Shown: piece after piece, positions 1-11,094 of the stretch
Numbering within the stretch: the stretch's first letter is position 1
Layout of the letters: every line of letters starts with the position of its first letter
Origin: the human T2T-CHM13v2.0 reference genome, Homo sapiens
DNA: 64,000 nucleotides
NCBI RefSeq assembly: GCF_009914755.1
Contig: NC_060926.1
Direction: 5' to 3' (one strand)
Notes under the pieces: model-generated
Databases searched by the model: none
Seen by the model: the letters and a program-made list of their open reading frames with translations, nothing else
What the model was told of the DNA's origin: nothing
Position numbers and translations under genes: made by a program

Positions 1-94
1 TTAACTTTTACTCTTAAAGGAAGCAGAGTTTGGATATCTGAGTTTGAAAAACACAGAAATATTTATAGTCATTTTTTAAGGGAACTGGTAAGGA

Positions 95-977
95 GATGTT
101 TCTTAGCTGCAAACTATAGACTGTATCTAGTTAATTTTGGTAGAGGTAAATAAAATTTATTACGGATACTGAGTAGCTGACAGTATTATCAGGAGGTCCA
201 AAGAGCCACAGAGAGTCATGGGACGATACTCAATGCATGAAAATGACCCACGAAAATACCACTGCTGTTAATGTGTGTCACCTATATCTCAGTTCATTGA
301 AATATCAAAGCTTAAGATCGGACATTAAATGCCTCTGAGGAGCCAAATGCTTGGAAGCACTTGGAACCACTAATTGCTGAAAGATAGACTCAATGAGTGT
401 CTATGACATCATATTGCTCCCTTCTGTAGGAAAGACTGCTGTTTGTACCCCAACATATATTCCCTCCATCTCTCATTGTAATATATTCTCTCCATCTGTC
501 ATGTTGGTCACATGGCCAGCCGCTCAGAGTAAAAACTACATTTCCTAGCCCCCACTTAATCAAACTGTGGCCAGTTTAGGCCAGTGGAAAAAAGAAGTTA
601 TTTTATGTTAGCTTTTAGTATAGCGAAGATGAGTCACACTCCCTGGGGTTGTGAACTAATCACTTGAAAGGAGTCTTGTCCCTATGGATTTCTGAGACCA
701 AAGCATGATATCAGTCTAGGATGATAGATCTTTACTCTTCTATAAGAGCAAGTAAACTTCTATCTTATTTTCCTAACTCAAAAAAATCTTTTCATGGGTG
801 TGTCTGATGGGTGGCCCAGATCCCCTTCCTGCACCCAGACAGCCAGGGAGAGTGAGGGAATGAATTCACTTCCCACCCTGGCAGCCGGGTTTATAATGTT
901 GAGAATGTCTCCCAGATAGAAGAGCTATTCAAAAGATGTTAGGTAACGACTAACAAAACAGTTGTTTGTTTATAGCA
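95..977 (-). mobile_element. Old MaLR LTR (MLT1L/MLT1N-like), split by the MLT1J-like LTR
   Basis: 95-230 (ttcttagctgcaaac...aatttattacggatactgagtagctgacag) and 795-977 (gtgtctgatgggtggcccagatcccc...gatgttaggtaacgac) resemble the two ends of a reverse-strand MLT1 LTR. Confidence 0.5.
425..780 (+). mobile_element. MaLR LTR, MLT1J-like
   Basis: tgtaggaaagactgct...cacatggccagcc...aaactacatttcctagcc...tgtggcca...ggccagtgg and terminal gtaaacttctatctt are typical of MLT1I/J. Confidence 0.65.
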
Positions 978-1309
978 GGGGTGGTGGTCGGGGGGGGACG
1001 GGGGGAGGAAAGGAGAAGGGAGGGAGAGAGGAAGAAGAAAATAATAATGAGCAGTAAAAGGGCACAAAAGAGCATGAATTAATCCAGGTCTGATTTTATG
1101 GTATTTTTTTTTAATCTTAATACTCTGGAATTGGGAACAGAAACTAGTCTTTACCTAGTAAAAATGTTATTGAATCACCAAACTGTAAAATTCAGATTTG
1201 ATATAGAAACCGAGGTGGAGAGAAATGAAAGGCAGGACAACATTCCTTCCCTTGTGCTTCTTCAGCCCCAGTAGGAGGGTAGGTACGAGAAGGAGTATTG
1301 AGGACTGAG

Positions 1310-1545
1310 TGATGTGAGAAGCAGGCAGGGGTTTGAAGTCAGATGTGGATATGACCCTAACTCCGCCCAACATACTAACTCTAAAAAGTTACGCAAGTTA
1401 ATTGCTCCTTTGAGCTCATTTCTTCATTAGTAAGATGGAAATAATTGCAGTACAAGCCAATAAAAGTATAGTACCAGGGACAGAATTTGCTCAGCTCTCA
1501 GCTCAGTGCTTACTGCATTGTGTAAACCCTCAAATTCTTAGTAAA
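1310..1545 (+). mobile_element. MIR SINE
   Basis: gtttgaagtcagatgtgg...caagttaattgctcctttgagctcatttcttcattagtaagatggaaataat matches the MIR core. Confidence 0.7.
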
Positions 1546-2495
1546 CACTTTTTAATAAAGCTCAAGTGCTTCTCTTACTCTTCGACTCTCATCTCATGCC
1601 ATAGGTTTAGGCAAACAAAAATATCTCGTCCTACCTGGAATCGGAAACCACCCTGCATAATTCAAGCCATTCTCAGAAATAGCATTTGGACAAAGGGAAG
1701 AAAAGTCATGACTCACAATTAGAGGATGGAATCCTCAGGAAAAACCAACATTAGCATCTAAACAAGAAAATTAGCTTATTGACATTGAAAAATGTTGCTA
1801 CATTTTCAATTTCATTAAAGCCTCCAATAGACAAACACATTTATTTCTGTGCTATGTGTCTGATAGCAGGAAGGGCCAGAAACATCAGTCTACAAGCTCT
1901 GGGACTCTAGACTGTGACAGTGCTGATGAAATATATGTTTGCTGAGAAGACGTACGATCTCGACTATCTGTGACCATTGAAATATTAAGGAAATTACTTA
2001 TAAAACAGATAAAAATCCATTAAGAGAGCATAGCCTAGAAACCGCAGAGGAGGAAGGGAAGGACTAATTTCCAATCCTTCTTGAAAATAAAAAAAAGAAT
2101 TTTTTCCCCTTGTTATTATCCTCATGAAATTAAATTTCATTGTGCAGTTCTCATCTTCATAATTACTAGGTTGCTTTGAGAATTAGATATAAAAAGCCAC
2201 CTCATATACAGGTAGCAGCTGATTTTTCTAAATATTACATTTTAAAAATGATAAAAGAGGAAGGAATAACATTTCAAATGATCATTATAATCACCATGCT
2301 TGTTCTGTGTCAGCCCACCCACCTGACTCAATGCATTCATTTACAGGCATTGAGGCAGGACACCTACAAGCATCCCCGCCCCCAACCTTAAAACCATCTG
2401 GATCCATACAGGAATAAGATCCACATGAATACGTACTTGACTTTTAGAAGTCCAGAGGCTGGGAGCCTGGAAACCTGTAGACAGGTCTTGAGAGG

Positions 2496-3008
2496 TGTAG
2501 TACGCTGAATAATTGCCCAAAGATGTCCATACCCTAATCACCTGGAACCCATGAGTATGTTGCCTTACGTGGCAAAAGGGATTTGGCAGATGTGAGGAAG
2601 CTTATGGACTTTGAGATGGGAAATTGTCCTGGGTTAGCCAGGTAGGTCCAATCTAATCACATGCGTGCTTAAAAGCAAAGGCCCTTTCCTGCCTCTAGTT
2701 ACTCAGAGAAAGGTGATAATGATGATGGAAGAGAACCAAAGAGATGGCAATATGAGAAGGATTCAACCCGAAGTTGGTGTTGAAGGCAGAAGGGACATGA
2801 GCATAGGAATGCAGGCAGCCTCTAGAAAAAATGAAGATATTCTTTCCTAGAGACTGCGAAATTAATGTGGCCTTGCCTACACTTTGATTTTAACCGAGTG
2901 GGACCTGTGTAAGACTTCTGACCTAAAGAACTGTAAGATAATAAATTTATGTTGTTTCTGTCACTAAGGTTGTGGTAACTTGTTACAGCAACATAGAAAA
3001 CCAGTATA
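2496..3008 (+). mobile_element. MaLR solo LTR (MLT1D/MLT1E-like)
   Basis: Starts tgtagtacgctgaataattgcccaaagatgtcc; contains atgttgccttacgtggcaaaagggatttggcagatgtga; ends aataaatttatgttgttt...ggtaacttgttacagcaacatagaaaaccagtata. Confidence 0.85.
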
Positions 3009-3388
3009 GTGATTCTCACAACCAATGCTTGTGAGAATCCATTAAATAACTTGATGTTTTTTCCCTAATTCTTCCTTCATTTGTCTAATCTTATTACACT
3101 CTGCTTTTCCTGTCTATCTGCTCCGCTTACCAGTATGCACACTGGGCTTGGAGCTCTACTCCTGTCCCAGCTCTTTAGACCAGGTCCTGGCAATATACCT
3201 GCCTCTTACTACCTTTTATTTGGGAACTAGATTCTCTCAGTGAAAGCAGTAGCCGGCTGGTATACTGCTCCAGCTGAAATGAATCACGCTGCCTCCAGTC
3301 CTGAAGATTCCCACAGCTCCTCTGTTTTCACCATGTAAGACCCATTTGAACATCAAGCGTGTCCAGGACCTGCGCTTACCCATAAAAC

Positions 3389-3482
3389 TCTTCTTCCTTC
3401 CTTCTTCCTCCCTCCCTCCCTTCCTTCCTCTTCTCCTTCTTTCCCTCCCTTTCTCCCTCCTTCCCTTCTTCCTTGTTTTCTT
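3389..3482. repeat. Pyrimidine-rich (TTCC/CCT)n low-complexity tract; (CA)n follows at ~3530-3545
   Basis: Seen directly. Confidence 0.85.
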
Positions 3483-3874
3483 TCATCCCAGTGATGATGC
3501 TCTTTACACAAACATCTTAACAAGTACTACACACACACACACACATATATATTAGTGGAAGTGTAACGTGAGACATTAAAACCACCCAAAAAGGGTGGTT
3601 TTAATTTCCATTACATTTCATTAAATTATTAAATTGTAGACTAACAATGAGTGAATTTTAATATATGCAAATTACACTTCAATGAAGCTGTTTTTTACAA
3701 AAAGAAAGTTTTGTTCTAAAGCTTTTATTTATCATCATCATCACTATCAATTACATACATGTACACAAGAGAAAAAAGGCAAATAGTAAGCAAAGCATAA
3801 AATGAAAACTATATTTAGCTGCCTTATCATCAGTCTTATGCCCAATATACTAATGCTTTTATCAAACTCTTGCT

Positions 3875-4010
3875 TTTTTTATTTATATAAGTTTTAAACT
3901 TTGGAATAAATTTACAGGAAAGTTGCAGATAGTACCAAGAGTTCTCGTATATCCTTCACTGAATTTCTCCTAATGTTAAGATCTTACACAATCATCTCAC
4001 ACTTATTAAA
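3875..4010 (-). mobile_element. Old L1 3'-end fragment (L1MC4/5-like)
   Basis: aatttacaggaaagttgcagatagtaccaagagttctcgtatatccttcac...taatgttaagatcttacacaatcat. Confidence 0.6.
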
Positions 4011-4190
4011 AAAAACTGCTCTTAATCATTCCGGTTATTTATTCCATATTTCTAAAAATGCTTATATATCTATTAACCAATTTATCAAACATAAACCAAA
4101 ACCATTGTCTCTGTCACTTTGAAGGTAAGAAAGCAGCTCACATACTCCACTGGAGAAGGTAACCTTCCCTCATCTTAATGCTTATAGTGA

Positions 4191-4238
4191 AACATAGTTT
4201 TACTATATTTTTAGAACATAGTTTTACTATATTTTTAG
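4191..4238. repeat. Perfect 24-bp tandem duplication
   Basis: aacatagttttactatatttttag x2 (4191-4214, 4215-4238). Confidence 0.95.
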
Positions 4239-4396
4239 TATTTGATTGGTTAACTTTTACTTTAAATAATGCATTTAAGAAAAAGTTTTATTTTCAGTCA
4301 TTATTATACCCTGTCTCTTAAAATTCTACTTGCGTGTTTAAGAAATTGGCATCCCTCCATTTCCCTCTTTTCTACTTTCTGTTTGAACAACTCAAC

Positions 4397-5645
4397 TTTC
4401 ATTCATTTATTAAATTGATACCTATTGAGTATGTGCTATACTGCAGGATTTTTTTAGGCTCTGAGGATACACTCATAAAGGCATGAGCAAATGATTTCCC
4501 TGCTCTCACAAGGCTTGAATTCTAGAATTGGAATAAGACCAATAAAAGACAACAAAAACATGTAAAGATAAGGGTGATGCAGATAAACAGAACTCAAGTG
4601 ATGGAGTAGTTTTCCTTACACCAAATGGTCAGAAAAGACTTCTCAGGAGATGACTTTTCACTTCAGAGGGAATGGTTAATGCAATGGCCCTGAGGTGGGA
4701 GTGAGAAACAAAGGGACAGGCAAGCAGAGAAGAGAGAGTGGCAAGACATGAAGGCAGTTTAGTGCCAGGAGTCAAACAATGATTTCTATGCAGGGCAAGG
4801 AGTTTGAGTTTTGTCCTATGGGTAATGGGAAGTCTTTGCAGGGGGTTAAACATGACGTGCATGTGTAGGGACACGGTCTGATTCACCTTCTTCAAGTTTA
4901 CTTCAGCTGATTTGTGGAGAATGGATGTGGCGACAGGTTTGCCACAGAGAAGCCACTTGGGAAGTTACTACCATAGTTCAAGTGAAATATGGGGATTATT
5001 GGACTGATTTGGGATATGCTTTTAATGGTAGACCTCGCAAAACTTACAGATGAATTGGATGCTGGATGTGAGCAAATGAATAAAGATAGTACTAGAAGCT
5101 GTACAGTGGATGATACTGTTTACTGAGATGGGGAAGCCTAAGAGAAGCCAGTTTAGGTCAAAGTGTTGAGGTAATCAATGGTTCTGTGGTGTCCACATTA
5201 AATTTGAGATGCCCAAAAGATATCTAAGTGGAGATGTTAAGCACACAGTAGGTTATTCTCATTAGGGATTTCAGCAGGGGTCAGACTGGAGATACATATT
5301 TAAAGTTATTTCTAATAGTTTACATTTAAAGCAATGAGACTGGATGAGGTTATCTAGGGAGGAGGTGGGTAGACAGAGAAGAAAAATAGCTAAGAAGGAG
5401 CCCTGAAGCATTCTTACGTTTAGATGTCAAGCAGAAGAGAAGCCAGCAACAGATTCTGAGAAGTGGCCAATAAGAAGGAAGGAAAGCAGGAGAGTGCAAG
5501 GAAACCCTCCCCCAAAAATAGTGTTTCAAGAAAGAAAATATGGTGAACAGTATCCAGTGCTCCTGGGAAGTCAAGTGAGCGGAAGGAACTATTGGCCTGG
5601 CCACTGGCAAGTCACTGATGACACTCAGAAGTGGGTTCTCAGAGA
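4397..5645 (-). mobile_element. L2 LINE (L2a-like) 3' part
   Basis: Reverse L2 tail ttcattcatttatt...ctattgagtatgtgcta, then L2 motifs such as tttgagatgcccaaaagatatctaagtggagatgt and gactggagatacatattt. Confidence 0.85.
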
Positions 5646-5647
5646 AG

Positions 5648-5818
5648 TGTCAAAGTCAAAATAAAAAAGTAGAGACAAACTTCTAAAGTTAATGTTTTAT
5701 TTGAGAAGAAAGAATTGCAATTCAGGGCATCCACAGAGACCTGGTGGTCTTTGGAATGTCCAAAGAACAAAGAGAAGATTGGGGGTTTTATTTAAAAAAG
5801 GAATGTTGCATGTTATGT
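5648..5818 (-). mobile_element. ERV1-class LTR fragment (MER67/MER90-like; family uncertain)
   Basis: tgtcaaagtcaaaataaaaaagtagagac...ttttatttgagaagaaagaattgcaattcagggcat resembles a reverse-strand LTR end. Confidence 0.5.
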
Positions 5819-5824
5819 GTGGTC

Positions 5825-6080
5825 CAGAGAGAAAATCTTCCTTATGTCAAATACCTTTCATACTTTGAATCTGACTCTTGGCTCTGACTTTCAGATCCAC
5901 AATTAAATGGCTCAAGCAATTAGTTCAAGCCCGCCTGAATAATCTCTTTTTATTGACTCAAAATCAACTGATTAGTGATCTTAGTTACATGTGCAAAATC
6001 TTCTGCCATATAATATAACCTAATTATGGCACAACACTGGGGGAAGAAGTCATGGGGACAGTCTTAGAATTCTGCCTAAG
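5825..6080 (-). mobile_element. MaLR LTR fragment (MLT1E-like)
   Basis: actcaaaatcaactgattagtgatcttagttacatgtgcaaaatc...ggggacagtcttagaattctgccta. Confidence 0.75.
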
Positions 6081-6144
6081 TCTTCCAAAAGAGGCTAGAA
6101 TATGGGGACCTTATTACAGGACACCAATATTCCCATTAGAAGCC

Positions 6145-6332
6145 ATTATTATTGTTGTTGTTGTTATTATTATTGTTATTATTATTATTATTATTTTTAG
6201 AGATAGGGCCTCACTCTGTTGCCCAAACTGGAGTGCAGTGGTGCAATCATAGCTCTCTGTAGCCTCAAATTCTTGGGCTCAACTCATTCTCCTGCCTTAG
6301 CCTACCAAGTAGCTGGGAGTATAGGCATGCAT
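6145..6332 (-). mobile_element. Alu monomer (FRAM/AluJ right arm) with tail converted to (ATT/GTT)n
   Basis: agagatagggcctcactctgttgccc...ctggagtgcagtggtgcaatcatagctc...gtagctggg; single arm only. Confidence 0.85.
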
Positions 6333-6574
6333 CTATTTCTTAATTGAATACATTTTCATTTAAATCTCAATACAATTTTAGTGTATGTTTTTAAATGTAA
6401 AAATATATTAGTATAAAATGTGTGTAATGTGTATATAAGTTTAATATATATGTTAACTTTTACTTTCTGTTTTACAACTCCTACAGTGCATAATAAAAAA
6501 ATGTCTGGAGAGAATTTGTTTATAAAATTCTGAAGCATGAGCTGAGATCACTTTCTATATAATAATACTAATAA

Positions 6575-6740
6575 TGATAATAATAATTATAATTTATTGA
6601 ACACTATGTGCATCACTGTTCTGGAGAATTAACATAATTATAAATGTTCTTTACAACATTCCTGTGAGTAGATTTATATTATTATTATGAATGAAGAAAA
6701 CAATGCCCATAGAATTTAATTAATTTGACCAAGATTGTCT
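6575..6740 (-). mobile_element. MIR SINE
   Basis: aatttattgaacactatgtg...acaacattcctgtgagtaga...atgaagaaaac...aatttgaccaagat. Confidence 0.65.
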
Positions 6741-7229
6741 TAAATAAATTGCTCTTTCAGTGGAGTCAAGGCTCTTTCCAGCCGCTCATTGGGAAGCAGA
6801 ATGGGAGAAATAGGTTTAGCTAACCGTGGATTGATGCTTCATGCTGCTGAACCCCCTGAGTGTCTCATTTAAACCAGTTTGTTTATTTCAAGCCACCCTT
6901 GAACCATGATTGCGCTAAGAAATGGAACTTAAAAATCACAGACCTGAGGCTAATGACTCTCAATTTCTGGCATCTATGTTGACATTTATTTTTCCTCTCT
7001 TGGCTCCATTTCAGTGTGAGGAACTCTTAAAAGTAGTAAGGAGATCTGCCCTGCTTACCCACCTCCCAGTATAAATGAATGAATACAGTAATTCAGTTTA
7101 ACCCACAAATATGAATAGGAGAGAAAATGAACGTGAAATAACAATCTTGTAGATTTTGTAGACACACCTGTGCTCTTGCTTCAATTCTCTGTAAAACATC
7201 TACGTATTAAGCATTTAGAACTTGGTTTA

Positions 7230-7510
7230 CATAGTACCTCCTCGAAGAAGCCTTCCTGCCCTCCCAAGATAAGATTGAATCAGTTTGTCCTCTTTTGTGC
7301 TCCCATTCCTCCCAACACTCTGTTCACTATAGACCATACAACACTGTTATAATTGCTAGTTTTCTTGTCTGTCATCATTAGTAAACTATTGTTGAATGCA
7401 GGGACAGGCTTCTGGCTATATCCTCGAAGTTTTTGTACTAGAAGGGTGCAGATAGTAGCAACATAAAAAACCACAAAATATGATTTTAAAAAACACATAT
7501 GGATGAACAA
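7230..7510 (+). mobile_element. L2 3'-end fragment
   Basis: acctcctcgaagaagccttcctg...tgtgctccca...gcagggacaggc... Confidence 0.6.
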
Positions 7511-9649
7511 AAAAATAGCAACTTGTTAAACTGACGAATGAACAGGTTAAAAGCAGGCAAATTAAACATGGTACAGGAAATCAGAAAATTAGGGCCATCA
7601 GATAAATGAGAAAACCTTTGCTGCAATGACCTCCTCCAGACTTTTACACCCAGAAAAATGTAGAAAGAAACTATTCAGTTTTAGCATACACGTAAGTGAG
7701 TTGTGGAATAATCTGGCATTGATGATTGCTGCTCATTTATGGAAAGATTGCGCACACAAAAAAAGCTTGTTAGTGGCCTGAAAAGACAGCTGCGTGAAGA
7801 ACTGGGCTCTTCCAATTTCACATAAACCGTACTGTCATTTTGGTTCATGCAATATTCCATCCTCGTGTTGGATCCAAACGTGAAGATCCAAAGACAGGTT
7901 GGGGGAAAACAAACAGTTTTTGACACCCTTCTTCTTGAAATTATAAATCATCCATGGTTCAATGGATACTCCAGCCACAGTTATACCTTGTCCTTCCTTC
8001 TCTCCATTCCCCCAAAGGTTAAAGGCATCGCTCCCAATCTGAAAGTTTTTACTAGAACTTTTCAAATCTCTTCCAACTTCAGAATGACTAAGTATAGCTC
8101 AAGCACTTGAGGAAAAGCTGAAGAGGTCATGTCCTAAATTGCTATTTAGCCTCACCTGGCAGGAGTTGATGAAGACAAGTAGTGAGTAAACAATGAAATA
8201 TTTTTGAAACCCTCTCATTCTATTCATCTAATAATTGAGCACAACTATCATACTATCATAGCAACAATAATTCTACAAATCTGCTTTCCATTTGTTTGTG
8301 TTAGAATCCTATACCCTCCTAGGTCATTTTAACAATTGTTTTTAAGAAGCTGGACAAAAATTGTTTTAAATAAGGAAAAGTGTCAAGTCTCAGTGTGCTC
8401 TAATTGGCCATGATTAGCATGGCTCTTAATAGGGTTTTCGCTGCTAGCCATTGACAGTCGTTTGCATTTAGACCGCTTTTCTAAAAATGCAATGATTTCT
8501 GTGTGGTGGAAAGCTCCGGAGACTTAATAGAGAAGTCATAATAATGTAAACTCACATAGTGGTTTCTACTACTGAAAAATGCCTCTGTCCATGTTAGATA
8601 CAGTGATGGGATTTCTTTAACTCTGGGTGCAAACACAGGCTTTCACGAAATACAAACTTTTTTCTGGGACCTCTCTAGAAATGTACAGAAGCAGTAGTAA
8701 AATTAATAAGCTGAAAGTTAAACTACTTAAATTCAAAAGCCTTAGCAAAGCAAAAGTGGAACTCTAACATTAGATGGGAAATAAAAATAGACATTTCAAA
8801 CCTCTTTGGAGAAAGAAAATGATAAGAACACAAAACACACATGCCTCTCTGTTAGTGACAGGGTAAACTTGGGTGGAAAATAGGAAACAAATGAATTACC
8901 AACTGAGTGACATTTTGTGCTCTGATGTAAGCAATGTGATGCACTTATCAACAATTGAGCCAAGGTAATGAGGGGCCATCTGAAAGACTGGTTGGAAGCG
9001 GTGTATGAACACAGCAGAGCAACTCTACTAAACGGAGTGCTAGAGAAGGCTAGAAAGGTAGTCAGTTTGGGTGTTGCCCCAGTGACATTTCCTAACTTGG
9101 AGTCCTTATATGTTTGCAAAAGTTATTCAAATAATTTTATACTTTTTCCAGTTTTCAAACTGTGTTGTCCAAATGAAGTATATTATTTGGCTGGGTTCTG
9201 GAAAATAGCATGCTTTTTGGTAAAAGGAATAATTGAAAGTAATCAACAACAGTAATAATAACTCAGCACTGACTGAGAACACTCTTGCGTCAGAAACCTC
9301 TAGGTACTACAGGTTTATGCTCTCATTAATTCGCAAAACATCTCATTGTTGAACACACCACAGGGCAAGACAACCTTCTTCAGAATTAGGTCCTAAGATC
9401 ACCCCTTAACTATTTGCTAAATATTATTATGATAACTAGAAAAAACCCTAGAGATAAATGTGAGATGGCTGAATAATTCCAGAGTCCCTGCATTTCTAAA
9501 GAGTTTACTTCTTTCTATCTTAGTATTTAGCCTCAATAACCTTAATAATGTAATTTAAACTAATTACCTAGTAAAATCCCAGAGGAAGAATTAAAATACT
9601 TAGTGGAACCCTGGGGAAAGTTGTATTATAGAAGGAGCACACCCATTAA

Positions 9650-9785
9650 ATACATCACAAGATGCAGCCTCCCCTGTATTTTACATTAGAGAAAATTCAA
9701 GCTAGAGAAGATAAGTACATTCTCCAAGGTCAAGAATGGAGCAAGTGGTAGAATTGGGATTTAAGCCAGGGCCCATCTGTATCAC
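9650..9785 (-). mobile_element. MIR fragment
   Basis: attttacattagagaaaattcaagctagagaag...ccaaggtca...agtggtagaattgggatttaagccagg. Confidence 0.65.
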
Positions 9786-11094
9786 CACTGTATAATTCAC
9801 AATACTAGTGGACATAGCATTGTATATACACTTCAAATAGATAGAAGCAATTTCTTTTGTTAGCAAAGAGTCTGGAAACAGAATGTTTGTAAAGCAGATA
9901 ATAATTTAATATATTTAAGCAAAAACAGAAATACAGAAAAGATTATGAGTAAAAGTAAGGAAGGAATGTTGGAAAATGTATTAATTCTTTGGAAGGATCA
10001 TTTTGTGAACTGAAATAAAAGCCCATGCTTTGATGAATAAGTAAAAGTAGTAACTACTTCTTATGTGCCAAGTTTTTAAAATGCTAAAATTGTAAGATAT
10101 TTGTGAAAAAGATGATTCAATGACAAATTTCAATAAAGCCTCAAGAATTTGGTATGTGAGACACTGAAGTGTAATTTCCCAATTGATCTTTTCTACTAGT
10201 CACACACATTCCCAGTCAAACCAAAGCATTTTTCTGCTCTAAATGAAAATTTGTTTTCAACTTTCTGAAAAATTTAGAGTGGAGTCAACAGCATAAGTCA
10301 GCAAGTCTTTGGGTAACCTGACCAAGTTGAATTGCAAATTTCCCCAGAACTGGGACAGGCTCACCTCCCTGCTAGGCCTTTTTTGCATGTGAACTTCATA
10401 TGCAACTCAGGTTTATTGATACAGCCCATAACTATTGCATTTCCAGAGAGTACATAGGGTGAATTTTAGGATCCCATTTGTAGTCTTTGCCTTGATTTCT
10501 ACCTAAGCTCTGCAAGAAATTCTCCAGAAGTTGGTGTACCAGGTGGCCGGAAGTGATCTGTAAATCTTCGTTTTAGCTTTCTCTGTAATAAAATAAAAGT
10601 CTTAAACATGGATGCATATATGTTTAATTTTAAAAGTTAATTATAATTCATTTTTGCTTTAGCCTTCTTAAAAATTAATTCCTAATTATCATGGCTGTCA
10701 TCATTTCTGCTTTTAAGTATTTCATATTTAGTTTTAAAAAATAGTAAAATCTGAATCCATAAAAGCAATAAAATGCTTCCTTTCTGTTTTAAAGAGCAAA
10801 TGTTCTGGCTTCTCTCAAAGACCATCTATCTACTTGTCATATAGACATTATGGTGATTTGCCAGGACTTTGCTCCTGAAATTAGGCACTATGTGTCCCTC
10901 TCAACCACTTGTATCATTCTCATCAACTTACAAACAAGTTCTTATCAACTATCTTTGAAAAATCCTTTCTTGACACCACATTTCTCTACTAGTCTTGCAC
11001 CACTTCTCAGCCTCCAATTCACAGAAGAGTTGGAAAAATTGTTGTCAATGTTGTCTTCTTCTTTTCCTATTCTTATTCATTTACTATCTACTAT

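Noticed and set aside
10547-10555. Perfect ETS motif CCGGAAGTG with a partial CTCF-like sequence
   Set aside because: A single motif without CpG-island or promoter context is not enough to call a regulatory site
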